Assembly: GCA_903874345.1 (NCBI GenBank)
Contig: CAIQRY010000065.1
Span: 2,679-66,678, forward strand
DNA from: an uncultured bacterium
Lineage (GTDB): Bacteria; Patescibacteriota; Patescibacteriia; Patescibacteriales; UBA12465
DNA: 64,000 nucleotides
Reading direction: 5' to 3'
The notes below the pieces were generated by a model. The model made no database searches and was not told where the DNA came from. It saw only the letters and a program-made list of their open reading frames with translations. Both the position numbers and the translations under genes were made by a program. This document shows positions 10,774-19,555 of the stretch, piece after piece. Within the stretch, counting starts at the first letter, position 1, and every line of letters starts with the position of its first letter.

Positions 10774-12852
10774 TTATTTACCCTTCTTCTCTTTAATCGC
10801 TTCTAAAATATTTCTCGGTACTTCGGCATAATGGGAAAATTCCATGACATAATTCGCGCGGCCTTGAGACATGGAGCGGAGCGAGGTCGAATAACCGAAC
10901 ATTTCGGCTAGCGGCACTTTAGAACGCACTACTTTAACATTCGCCCGATCGGTCATTTCTTCAATCTGACCACGTTTGGCATTTAAATCACCAATAATAT
11001 TACCCATGTATTCTTCCGGAGTCGTGACTTCCACTTTCATAATCGGTTCAAGTAAAACCGGACCGGCTTTCTGACAAGCATCTTTAAAAGCAAAGATAGC
11101 CGCGAGTTTAAAAGCAATTTCTGAAGAGTCGACTTCATGATAAGAACCGTAGAAAACCGCGGTCTTAACATCGACCATGGGATAACCGGCTACCACGCCA
11201 GACAACATCCCTTCCTTAACACCTTTTTCAATGGCCGGAATATATTCACGCGGAATGACGCCACCCTTAACTTCATCGGCAAATTCATAACCTTTACCGG
11301 TTTCGAGCGGTTCCACGCGCAAGGAGCAATGACCATACTGACCGCGACCGCCAGACTGCTTAACATATTTATGTTCCGCTTCCGCCACTTTAGTAATGGT
11401 TTCGCGATAGGACACTTGAGGATTACCGACGTTCGCTTCCACGCCAAATTCACGGCGCATACGATCAACGATAATTTCCAAATGCAATTCGCCCATACCG
11501 GAAATCAGAACCTGATTGGTTTCGGTATCGGTTTCGACTCTAAAAGTCGGATCTTCTTCCGCCAAGCGCTGTAAAGCAACGCCCATTTTTTCCTGGTCCG
11601 CTTTGGTCTTCGGTTCAACCGCAATCTTAATAACCGGTTCCGGAAAAGTAATGGATTCTAACAACACTTCCGTACTTTCATCACATAAAGTATTACCGGT
11701 TGTCGTATTTTTCAAACCAATCACGGCCGCGATATCCCCGGCGTAAATTTCTTTAATTTCTTCACGATGGTTCGCGTGCATGCGCACTAAACGACCGACT
11801 CTCTCCTTAGTTCCCTTCGAGGAATTAACGATGTAAGAACCAGCGGTGAGTACGCCCTGATAAACGCGGACGAAACAAAGCTTACCGACAAAAGGATCAG
11901 TCGCAATTTTAAAAGCTAAACCAACAAAAGGTTTTGAGTCGTCCGGTGTTACCTCTACTTTTTTATCTAGATCGCGCACTTCCGTCGCTTCAATGGGCGG
12001 CACATCAAGTGGTGAAGGTAAATATTCAACGACCGCGTCGAGTACTAATTGGACGCCAATATTCTGTAAGGCAGTGCCGCACAAAACCGGATATAAAGAA
12101 TTACTAATCACGCCTTTTCTGATTGCCGCTTTTAATTCGTCGAGGCCAACTTCCTGACCGTTCAAATATTTTTCCATGGACTTTTCATCGCATTCCACGG
12201 CTTTTTCCACTAATTCATTATGAAATTCATCAACCTTCTTTTTCATGTCTTCCGGAATATCAATCTCTTTAATATCCATGCCGTTAAAACCAGAAAAAGT
12301 ATAGGCCTTCTTCTCTAAAACATCGATCACGCCGCTTAAATTGCTTTCCGCGCCGATCGGTAATTGAATCGCGACTGCTTTCGGATTTAAACGTTTGCGA
12401 ATCGAATCCAAGCTCATATAAAAATCCGCCCCCATCTTATCCATCTTATTGACGAAACATAAACGCGGGACATGATATTTATCCGCTTGGCGCCACACGG
12501 TTTCGGATTGCGGTTCCACGCCGGCCTGGCCGTCAAACACCGCGACTGCGCCGTCTAAAACGCGCAGTGAACGTTCGACTTCGACCGTAAAATCAACGTG
12601 CCCCGGAGTATCAATAATATTGATTTTCTTAGTTTTCCAAAAACAAGTTGTGGCGGCGGAAGTAATGGTAATGCCTCTTTCCTTCTCCTGTTCCATCCAG
12701 TCCATTTCGGCCGCGCCTTCGTGCACTTCGCCGATTTTATGTTTCTTACCGGTATAAAACAAAACGCGCTCGGTAAAAGTGGTTTTGCCGGCGTCAATGT
12801 GCGCCATAATACCAATATTTCTAGTGTCGTGTAGAGAATAGTCTCGGGGCAT
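10774..12852 (-). CDS. fusA: Elongation factor G
   Basis: [30 protein letters not shown]. Confidence 0.99.
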   Translation of the reverse strand: MPRDYSLHDTRNIGIMAHIDAGKTTFTERVLFYTGKKHKIGEVHEGAAEMDWMEQEKERGITITSAATTCFWKTKKINIIDTPGHVDFTVEVERSLRVLDGAVAVFDGQAGVEPQSETVWRQADKYHVPRLCFVNKMDKMGADFYMSLDSIRKRLNPKAVAIQLPIGAESNLSGVIDVLEKKAYTFSGFNGMDIKEIDIPEDMKKKVDEFHNELVEKAVECDEKSMEKYLNGQEVGLDELKAAIRKGVISNSLYPVLCGTALQNIGVQLVLDAVVEYLPSPLDVPPIEATEVRDLDKKVEVTPDDSKPFVGLAFKIATDPFVGKLCFVRVYQGVLTAGSYIVNSSKGTKERVGRLVRMHANHREEIKEIYAGDIAAVIGLKNTTTGNTLCDESTEVLLESITFPEPVIKIAVEPKTKADQEKMGVALQRLAEEDPTFRVETDTETNQVLISGMGELHLEIIVDRMRREFGVEANVGNPQVSYRETITKVAEAEHKYVKQSGGRGQYGHCSLRVEPLETGKGYEFADEVKGGVIPREYIPAIEKGVKEGMLSGVVAGYPMVDVKTAVFYGSYHEVDSSEIAFKLAAIFAFKDACQKAGPVLLEPIMKVEVTTPEEYMGNIIGDLNAKRGQIEEMTDRANVKVVRSKVPLAEMFGYSTSLRSMSQGRANYVMEFSHYAEVPRNILEAIKEKKGK

Positions 12853-12890
12853 AATTATTGTTGAAAATTAAATTTATTGTTTATTTCGTC

Positions 12891-13358
12891 TTAACGAGAA
12901 AAATGCGCAAAAGCCTTATTCGCTTCCGCCATCTTGTGAACCGCTTCTCTCTTTTTCGCGGCCGTCCCTTCGCCATTTGAGGCATCTAAAATCTCGGCGG
13001 CTAATTTCTCGGCCATACTGCGACCACGACGGTCGTTAGCGGCATCAATAATCCAATTACAAGCTAAAAAATAACGGCGTTCACCTCGGACCTGAAAAGG
13101 AACCTGATAGTTGGCGCCGCCGACGCGTTTGCCTCTCACCTCCACTAAAGGAGAAACTTTTTTAATCGCTTTATTAAAAATATGGCGCGGATCCTGTTTT
13201 GTCTTTTCTTTTAGGATTTCAAAAGCGCCATAAACAATTTTTTCCGCGGCACTCTTTTTCCCGCGTTCCATGACGTAATTAATAAATTTAGCGATATTAA
13301 TATCGGTATATTTAGCATCGCCTTCAATAGTTCTTTTAGGGGCTGGTTTACCTCTCAT
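12891..13358 (-). CDS. rpsG: 30S ribosomal protein S7
   Basis: RVGGANYQVP, HKMAEANKAFAHF. Confidence 0.98.
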   Translation of the reverse strand: MRGKPAPKRTIEGDAKYTDINIAKFINYVMERGKKSAAEKIVYGAFEILKEKTKQDPRHIFNKAIKKVSPLVEVRGKRVGGANYQVPFQVRGERRYFLACNWIIDAANDRRGRSMAEKLAAEILDASNGEGTAAKKREAVHKMAEANKAFAHFSR

Positions 13359-13370
13359 ATGTTTAAATTA

Positions 13371-13790
13371 TTATTTCTTTGGTTTCTTAGCACCGTAGCA
13401 ACTGCGGCCCTGACGTCTCGCGTCAACACCGGAAGCGTCAAAAACGCCACGGACAACTTTATAACGAACACCCGGCAAATCCTTGGTCTTCCCGCCTTTA
13501 ACTAAAACGATGGAGTGTTCCTGTAAGTTGTGGCCCATGCCCGGAATATAAGCAGTCACTTCCATGCCATTAGATAAGCGGACGCGCGCAATCTTACGTA
13601 AAGCGGAGTTCGGCTTTTTCGGCGTCGTTGTGGTTACCTTTAAGCAGACCCCTTGTTTAAAAGGCGCCCCTTTGGCAGTTTCTTTTTTCCGGCGATGCAG
13701 AGAATCCAGGCTCATATGTAAAGCCAAAGAATTACGTCTCTTGCCGATTGATTTGCGGCCCTGGCGGACCAGTTGATTAACGGTAGGCAT
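13371..13790 (-). CDS. rpsL: 30S ribosomal protein S12
   Basis: [28 protein letters not shown]. Confidence 0.99.
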   Translation of the reverse strand: MPTVNQLVRQGRKSIGKRRNSLALHMSLDSLHRRKKETAKGAPFKQGVCLKVTTTTPKKPNSALRKIARVRLSNGMEVTAYIPGMGHNLQEHSIVLVKGGKTKDLPGVRYKVVRGVFDASGVDARRQGRSCYGAKKPKK

Positions 13791-13906
13791 AATTTAAATA
13801 TTAAAATAATCCTGAAGTCTCAGGATGTGCTATTTTTACACTAATTTAATTTAACAAAATAGAAAACATAAGTCAAGGTCATCCGTCTCATCATTTTTAG
13901 CCAAAA

Positions 13907-14509
13907 TTAGGAAGCGCCGGCAATAAGCCTAAACAAGAAATTAACAACGGGGATAAAAAAGCTACCGAAAAGCATAACGAGCAAAATCACTAAGATAAAG
14001 CCGGTTCGATCAAGCCTTAAAAAACGCTCTTTGGCTTGAGGCGATAAAAAACAGGCTAAAATCTTAGATCCGTCAAGAGGAGGAATAGGCACTAAGTTGA
14101 AAACCATTAAGACTAGGTTAATATAAACGATAATTGCCAATAAACCGTTAAAGGCTAGGCTATACATGGGCATAAAACGCAAAATAAGCCCGAAAAACAA
14201 GGCAATTATCAAATTGGCCAGGGGTCCAGCTAAGGCGACCTTAGCGTCACCGAATTTACGGTCACGTAGATTATACGGGTTATAAGGCACCGGTTTAGCC
14301 CAACCAAAGACAAAACCGAAATTGGCAATAATCATAATTAGGGGTAAGAAAAAAGACCCGAACCATTCCAGATGCGCCAAAGGGTTTAAGGTCAATCGAC
14401 CAGCGTCTTTTGCCGTACTGTCTCCGAGACGATAGGCCATCCAGCCATGCATATATTCATGGACGATCGCGGAAAATATTAAGACGATTACTTCAAAAAC
14501 ATAAATCAT
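13907..14509 (-). CDS. Site-2 protease (M50 family) membrane metalloprotease
   Basis: HEYMH and NLVPIPPLDG motifs, hydrophobic helices; start at MIYVF assumed. Confidence 0.92.
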   Translation of the reverse strand: MIYVFEVIVLIFSAIVHEYMHGWMAYRLGDSTAKDAGRLTLNPLAHLEWFGSFFLPLIMIIANFGFVFGWAKPVPYNPYNLRDRKFGDAKVALAGPLANLIIALFFGLILRFMPMYSLAFNGLLAIIVYINLVLMVFNLVPIPPLDGSKILACFLSPQAKERFLRLDRTGFILVILLVMLFGSFFIPVVNFLFRLIAGAS

Positions 14510-14600
14510 ATGCCTATATCTTAGCATAACTTGATTATTTTTTAAAATCTTGTTAAGATAGGGGTGATTTTTAAATAACTATTTGTTAGATATCAAACTT

Positions 14601-14864
14601 ATGGCCAAGAAATGTGATTTATGCGGACGCAGTTCGACAAGAGGCGCTAGTCGTTCTCACTCGAAGATCCGAACCCTTAAAAGACAGAACATTAATTTAC
14701 AAAGCTTAACCATAGACGGTATTAAGGTAAAAGCTTGCACTGCCTGCATGCGTACCATGAATAAACCGAAACGGGTTAAGGCAAAAAGAAAGCCGGCGTT
14801 ACCGAAGGGGACGAAGGCCGTCAAAGCGCCGAAAAAAGCGCGCGCCAAAAAAGCCAAAAAATAA
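14601..14864 (+). CDS. rpmB: 50S ribosomal protein L28 with Lys-rich tail
   Basis: MAKKCDLCGR...SHSKIRTLKRQNINLQ...CTACMR. Confidence 0.93.
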   Translation: MAKKCDLCGRSSTRGASRSHSKIRTLKRQNINLQSLTIDGIKVKACTACMRTMNKPKRVKAKRKPALPKGTKAVKAPKKARAKKAKK

Positions 14865-14878
14865 TTTTTAAATTATAT

Positions 14879-14909
14879 AAAAAACCGCCCTGTTTAAGGA
14901 GCGGTTTTT
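14879..14909. terminator. Bidirectional intrinsic terminator between convergent rpmB and hutH
   Basis: AAAACCGC...GCGGTTTT inverted repeat with A/T tracts on both sides. Confidence 0.75.
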
Positions 14910-14954
14910 GTAATGAACAAATTTTTCAAATAATGTACTTAATGCACTGGCTGT

Positions 14955-16652
14955 TTAGGCGATGGCGGACAAAAGTTCGTCGCCGTCCATGAGGGAAACT
15001 ACCTTGTTCCAGTCGACACAAAGGATGCGGTCATCATCCATCGGCGGTAAAACCGAACGGATAATTTTATAAGCGGCATCGGTTTTGGCGCCGAGTTGAC
15101 CGTGACCTTCTTTTGCCAGATCGGCTTCGGTTAATGATATTCCCTGGGCAGCGGCCATAATCTCGGCGGCAATCACTCGGTAGGAATTCTTGAGCACCTT
15201 AGTCAGATGACGAGCGGAAATTGTGCTCATACTGACATAGTCTTCCTGGTTCGCGGAAGTCGGGATTGAATCAACCACGGAGGGGTGACACAAAACCTTG
15301 TTCTCGCTGACCAACGCGGCGGTCGAATACTGTAAGATCATGAGACCGGTGTTCAAAAGAACATGCGTCTGTCCAGCCAAGTCGCTGGGCAAGCCATAGC
15401 TAGTTGAAGACATAGTCAGAGCATAGAAACGGCGATCGGAAATATTGGCCAGCTGCTGTAAGGCAATCTTGAGGAAGTCGGCGGCCTGTCCTAAAGGTTC
15501 CCCGTGGAAATTGCCACCGGAAAGAGCTTCAAAACTACCATCCGCTTTTTCAAAAACCAGCGGGTTGTCAGTCGCCGCATTAATCTCATCCAGGAAGATT
15601 TTTTCTGCATACCAGAACGCCTGGTAAACTGAACCGGCCACTGGCGGATAAGCACGGAAAGAATAAGCATCCTGCACTCTCGGTGTCGGCTGATCATTCT
15701 CCATGTACCTCTTGGATCCTTTTTCGGCTGGTAAACATACTTCCCTGGCCTCTTTGGTCATTCTCTGAGAGCCAGCCACCAGCTTGAGCATCCGCTCAGC
15801 CACCCATTTCGCACCATGGTTATTTCTGATTCCAATTAAACGGGGATCAAAAGCCGCGGTCTCGCCCCGGATAGCTTCCAGAGAAAGAGCAGCGGCCAGG
15901 TCAGAAAAGCTGAGTAACCTCTTGGCGTCATGAATAGCCAGGAGTCCCAGGGCCAGAGTAAAGGTAGCGCCATTGGTTAAACCCATGGCTTCCTTGGCTC
16001 CCAGAACCAGTGGTTTCACATTCATAATCTCCAGAGCTTCAACAACCGGCATCGGTACTCTCTGATTGGGAGTAATCGCGTTTTTTGGCAGAAGGACATT
16101 TTGTCCTTTCAGGCCGACCAAAGCAGCCGCGACGTGCGCCAGAGGCGCTAAATCGCCGCTTGACCCAACCGAGCCCTGTTCCGGGACGCAAGGGATAATT
16201 CCCTGGTTGTAAAATTCCAGGATCTTTTCACAGGTTTCAAGCCGCATGGCCGAATAACCCGTGGCAAAGGAGTTGACTCTGAGAATCATCGCTGCCCGCA
16301 CTACCTCTTCCGGAAAATATTCTCCGGTCTGGACGCAGTGCGCCGGAATGTAATGCTTCTGATAAGCGATGATTTCTGCTTCGGGGATGATTGTCCCCTT
16401 TTTTATTCCGCATCCGGTGTTGACGCCGTAGATAATGTCACCCGCCTTGATACGGGCTTCGAGGCCGGACCTCTTTTTCTGAATCCGCGCCGTCGCGTTA
16501 TCGGCGTGATTGTTTTCGTTCACATTATCCTTGCCGTTTGATAAAACAACAACCGGATAATGATGGTCTCCGTGGCAATCGTGATAACCACGTGCAATCA
16601 TGACAACCTCCTTGAGGGTCAAGTCATGACCAGTTAAAACTACTTTTTTCAT
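14955..16652 (-). CDS. hutH: Histidine ammonia-lyase (MIO-dependent aromatic amino acid lyase)
   Basis: YGVNTG, GSVGSSGDLAPLAH (MIO), KEAMGLTNG, QDAYSFR, TDNP, SGGNFHGEP, SANQED; His at the HAL specificity position (IPAH). Confidence 0.88.
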   Translation of the reverse strand: MKKVVLTGHDLTLKEVVMIARGYHDCHGDHHYPVVVLSNGKDNVNENNHADNATARIQKKRSGLEARIKAGDIIYGVNTGCGIKKGTIIPEAEIIAYQKHYIPAHCVQTGEYFPEEVVRAAMILRVNSFATGYSAMRLETCEKILEFYNQGIIPCVPEQGSVGSSGDLAPLAHVAAALVGLKGQNVLLPKNAITPNQRVPMPVVEALEIMNVKPLVLGAKEAMGLTNGATFTLALGLLAIHDAKRLLSFSDLAAALSLEAIRGETAAFDPRLIGIRNNHGAKWVAERMLKLVAGSQRMTKEAREVCLPAEKGSKRYMENDQPTPRVQDAYSFRAYPPVAGSVYQAFWYAEKIFLDEINAATDNPLVFEKADGSFEALSGGNFHGEPLGQAADFLKIALQQLANISDRRFYALTMSSTSYGLPSDLAGQTHVLLNTGLMILQYSTAALVSENKVLCHPSVVDSIPTSANQEDYVSMSTISARHLTKVLKNSYRVIAAEIMAAAQGISLTEADLAKEGHGQLGAKTDAAYKIIRSVLPPMDDDRILCVDWNKVVSLMDGDELLSAIA

Positions 16653-16654
16653 TG

Positions 16655-18037
16655 TTATGGGATTTTGGTGATGGTTTGAAAATAACTAATTAATTTGGTA
16701 ATTGGGATTTCTTCTTGACGTCGCGTGAACAGATTTTTTATCTTAACGGTTTGTTGATTAAGTTCATCGCGACCGATAATAATAACATAGTTAACACCTT
16801 GGCTAACCGCAAAATTAAACTGGGCTTTGAAAGTCGTATCTTCTAACAAAGAAACTTCTACTTTTAGCCCTGTTTTTCTCAAGCGGTTGGCCAGACGCAA
16901 ATAATAAGCGTCTTGGTCTGTAGTTAAACGGAGAATCAGTATTTCAGACACAGATTTTTTTTCAATCTTGAGCGTGCCTAATTGCTGTAAAGCAGAAAAC
17001 AAACGATCGACGCCAATCGAGGCGCCGACAGCGGGTAATTCCCGACCCGTAAAGCGAGCCACTAAATCGTTATAGCGACCGCCCGAAAAAACGCTCCCAA
17101 ATTCCGGAGCATCGAAGAGAAAGGTTTCAAAGACCGGACCGGTATAATAATCCAGACCGCGGGCAACGGAGAAATCAATTTCGACCGCGGCGGTCGGAAT
17201 AGCCAGGGGCTCGAGATACTTCATTATCTCGACGAGCTCGGCTAAACCTTCTTCCGCAATGGAAATATGTTGGAAGAGTTTTTGAGCTTGAGAAATCTTA
17301 GTTAAATTATCTCCGCTAATTTCCAGGTATTCCTGAAGTCGAATTAAATTCGCTTCCGTCAAACCAGGACTGGGATCAAATTCGGTCACGGGTTCTTGCC
17401 GCAGTTCATCAAAGACGGCAGCAATTCCAATCTTTGGGATTTTGTCCAAAATTCTCATCACTTCTTTGGTAACATCAGCCGCTGTAATTTTCTGGCGGTC
17501 AGTAATACCAAGTAAATCCGCCAAGCCGTTTAAAATTTTACGGTTGTTGATCTTGATGATGAAACGTTCCAGGCCTAAGGCCCGAAGCGTTTCGTACATA
17601 ATGGCAATAATCTCCGCATCCGCGAGCATTAAGGCGCAACCGGCGATATCAACATCAAATTGATAAAACTGACGGTAACGTCCTTTTTGCGGCGAATCGC
17701 TGCGAAATACCGGACCCACGACCATCCGTCGCCAGGGCAATTTAATGCCAGGGTTAGCCGACAAAAAACGGGCCAAGGGAACAGTGTGATCGAAACGCAA
17801 GGCTAAACTATCCTCATTGTTCGAACCGCGGCTGCGGACTTGGAAAATATTTTTCGAAGTCTCGTCAGCCCCAGTCAAAACTTTGGCAAATTCCACCATT
17901 GGGGTCTCTATCGGATTATAGCCAAAGGAACGGAAAACTTGATTGATGATATTTAGCATCCTCTCCCTGGCTAAAAACTCCCCGGGATTAAAATCCAGGA
18001 AACCACCAGGTCTTTCGGGTTTAATTGTTATTTTCAT
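16655..18037 (-). CDS. hisS: Histidyl-tRNA synthetase
   Basis: LRFDHTVPLAR, PQKGRYRQFYQ, ARGLDYYTG, SGGRYNDL, AVGASIGVDRL, anticodon-binding C-domain; ATG at 18037. Confidence 0.93.
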   Translation of the reverse strand: MKITIKPERPGGFLDFNPGEFLARERMLNIINQVFRSFGYNPIETPMVEFAKVLTGADETSKNIFQVRSRGSNNEDSLALRFDHTVPLARFLSANPGIKLPWRRMVVGPVFRSDSPQKGRYRQFYQFDVDIAGCALMLADAEIIAIMYETLRALGLERFIIKINNRKILNGLADLLGITDRQKITAADVTKEVMRILDKIPKIGIAAVFDELRQEPVTEFDPSPGLTEANLIRLQEYLEISGDNLTKISQAQKLFQHISIAEEGLAELVEIMKYLEPLAIPTAAVEIDFSVARGLDYYTGPVFETFLFDAPEFGSVFSGGRYNDLVARFTGRELPAVGASIGVDRLFSALQQLGTLKIEKKSVSEILILRLTTDQDAYYLRLANRLRKTGLKVEVSLLEDTTFKAQFNFAVSQGVNYVIIIGRDELNQQTVKIKNLFTRRQEEIPITKLISYFQTITKIP

Positions 18038-18085
18038 GATTTTCAGGGGTTTATAAGGGTTAATTGTTAACGTACGCAATAAGAC

Positions 18086-18114
18086 ATCTTAGCCGGAAAC
18101 GGCTAAATTGTCAA
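18086..18114 (-). promoter_or_regulatory. Sigma70-type promoter for hisS-hutH
   Basis: TTGACA-17 nt-TAAGAT on minus strand. Confidence 0.7.
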
Positions 18115-18139
18115 AATGCTAAAGTGCGTAACTTTTCAA

Positions 18140-18159
18140 CGCTTTACTTGCCTAAAGAG
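18140..18159. promoter_or_regulatory. Putative HisR operator in the hisS/HAD divergent region
   Basis: CGCTTTACTTGCCTAAAGAG contains CTTTA-N6-TAAAG, the same core as the site upstream of the repressor gene. Confidence 0.6.
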
Positions 18160-18176
18160 TGCTCTTATGCTAATGT
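18148..18176 (+). promoter_or_regulatory. Putative promoter for HAD-VOC genes
   Basis: TTGCCT-17 nt-TAATGT with TG extension of the -10. Confidence 0.5.
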
Positions 18177-18231
18177 GAGGACGTTTCAAAAACTTGATTT
18201 GTTCATTTCACAATTACTAAATAAATGCCCC

Positions 18232-19059
18232 ATGAAAAGAAAAAGAAAAATAACAATATTTTCTGATCAAGACGGCGTCCTGATCGACAAAGCCTTTCAT
18301 TGTAATTACTCCTTCTGTGAACTTGGCCGATTGCTTATTAAAAATAAAGCCATCCTGGTCCCCAGTTCGGATACACCCGCCGAAAGACTCCGGTTTAATT
18401 TTCAATTATTTACCGGCGTAAAAATCAATACGGTTATTGCCGAACGCGGCGGGGTTATTCTCCATAAGCAGCAAGAAGTTTTTCGCTTGCAACTACCGTC
18501 ATCGGAAATCGTAAAATATCTACAGGCTCTACGCCACTTAGCGAAAAGCTTTAAAGCAACAATTTACACTGGCGACTCGGTTACTTGGATAAGAACCAAC
18601 AAAATCTTCAAGTCTAATGCGAGCGTGATTATCTTTGACGCTTTCCGTAAAACTTCCATTGGCTATTATGCCCGGCGAACAAACCAAAGTGGTTTAGCCA
18701 TGATTGATGATATTTTCTATGATGAGTTTACGACTGAAGCTAAAAAAATTCCGCGACCAAGTTTCTTCGAAGTAAGTGACTACAATCAAACTTACGGCAT
18801 CGCCCTTATTAGTTCGGCGCAAGCAACTAAAACCGCGGGCTTCTTAAACTACCTGCGACTCTTCGGGCTGGAAGATCAGGCGGATGATAAATATTACATG
18901 ATCGGCGATTATAAAACCGATATTATCGAAGATCCTCGTATGACTTTGCTCGCCGTCGGTAACGCCGATGATGAGTTAAAGGAAAAGGCGACTTTTATTT
19001 CTAATTTCCCCCAAGCGCGCGGGATGATGGATTGCATCAATTACGCGTTATCGTTATGA
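18232..19059 (+). CDS. HAD-superfamily hydrolase (Cof/IIB-like)
   Basis: Motif I SDQDGVL, motif IV IGDYKTD, AVGNADDELKEKA; ATG at 18232 preferred. Confidence 0.82.
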   Translation: MKRKRKITIFSDQDGVLIDKAFHCNYSFCELGRLLIKNKAILVPSSDTPAERLRFNFQLFTGVKINTVIAERGGVILHKQQEVFRLQLPSSEIVKYLQALRHLAKSFKATIYTGDSVTWIRTNKIFKSNASVIIFDAFRKTSIGYYARRTNQSGLAMIDDIFYDEFTTEAKKIPRPSFFEVSDYNQTYGIALISSAQATKTAGFLNYLRLFGLEDQADDKYYMIGDYKTDIIEDPRMTLLAVGNADDELKEKATFISNFPQARGMMDCINYALSL

Positions 19060-19102
19060 AATAATATTGTTAATTATTCTAGTTTAAAAGGAGAACTAAA
19101 AA

Positions 19103-19480
19103 ATGATTAAAAAATTAGCTTACCTAGAAATTGTGGTTATTGATTTTGAGCGGGCCGTAGAATGGTACACTAAAATTTTAGGCCTTGAGCTTGACGGTGA
19201 AATTGCCAAAGAACAAAGCGGACTCTGGTGTCAGCTTAAAACCCAAACTGGAGATAAGCGGCTCGCCCTCTGGCAGCCGGTTTGGATACCGAGCCAGGAA
19301 AAAAATCTTTATTCTTTTATCCCCATCTTTGAGGTTTCCGAACTTGACGAGATAGTAGCTGACTTAAAACAAAAAGGAGTTAAATTTCTGGAAGAAATTC
19401 GGCAAATGGTTAATTATCGTATTACGACCATCGCCGATCTGGAAGGAAATAGACTACAACTATTTGAACCAAACTCGTAG
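19103..19480 (+). CDS. VOC/glyoxalase-family protein
   Basis: VIDFERAVEWYTKILGL, LKQKGV, DLEGNRLQLFE; SD AAGGAG upstream. Confidence 0.88.
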   Translation: MIKKLAYLEIVVIDFERAVEWYTKILGLELDGEIAKEQSGLWCQLKTQTGDKRLALWQPVWIPSQEKNLYSFIPIFEVSELDEIVADLKQKGVKFLEEIRQMVNYRITTIADLEGNRLQLFEPNS

Positions 19481-19504
19481 TTTCAAAACAAATAACCAAG
19501 AAAT

Positions 19505-19534
19505 AAAAAACCCCATTTTTCAAAATGGGGTTTT
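19505..19534. terminator. Bidirectional terminator between VOC gene and hutU
   Basis: AAAACCCCATTTT...AAAATGGGGTTTT. Confidence 0.8.
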
Positions 19535-19555
19535 ATAAAACTTAAAAATGTTCTT

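Noticed and set aside
16-13776. Numerous plus-strand ORFs antisense to ribosomal and EF genes
   Set aside because: Shadow ORFs of conserved minus-strand genes with no motifs
18064-18231. N-terminal extensions of HAD and HisRS ORFs from upstream TTG/GTG starts
   Set aside because: They overlap the divergent promoters; downstream ATGs fit domain boundaries
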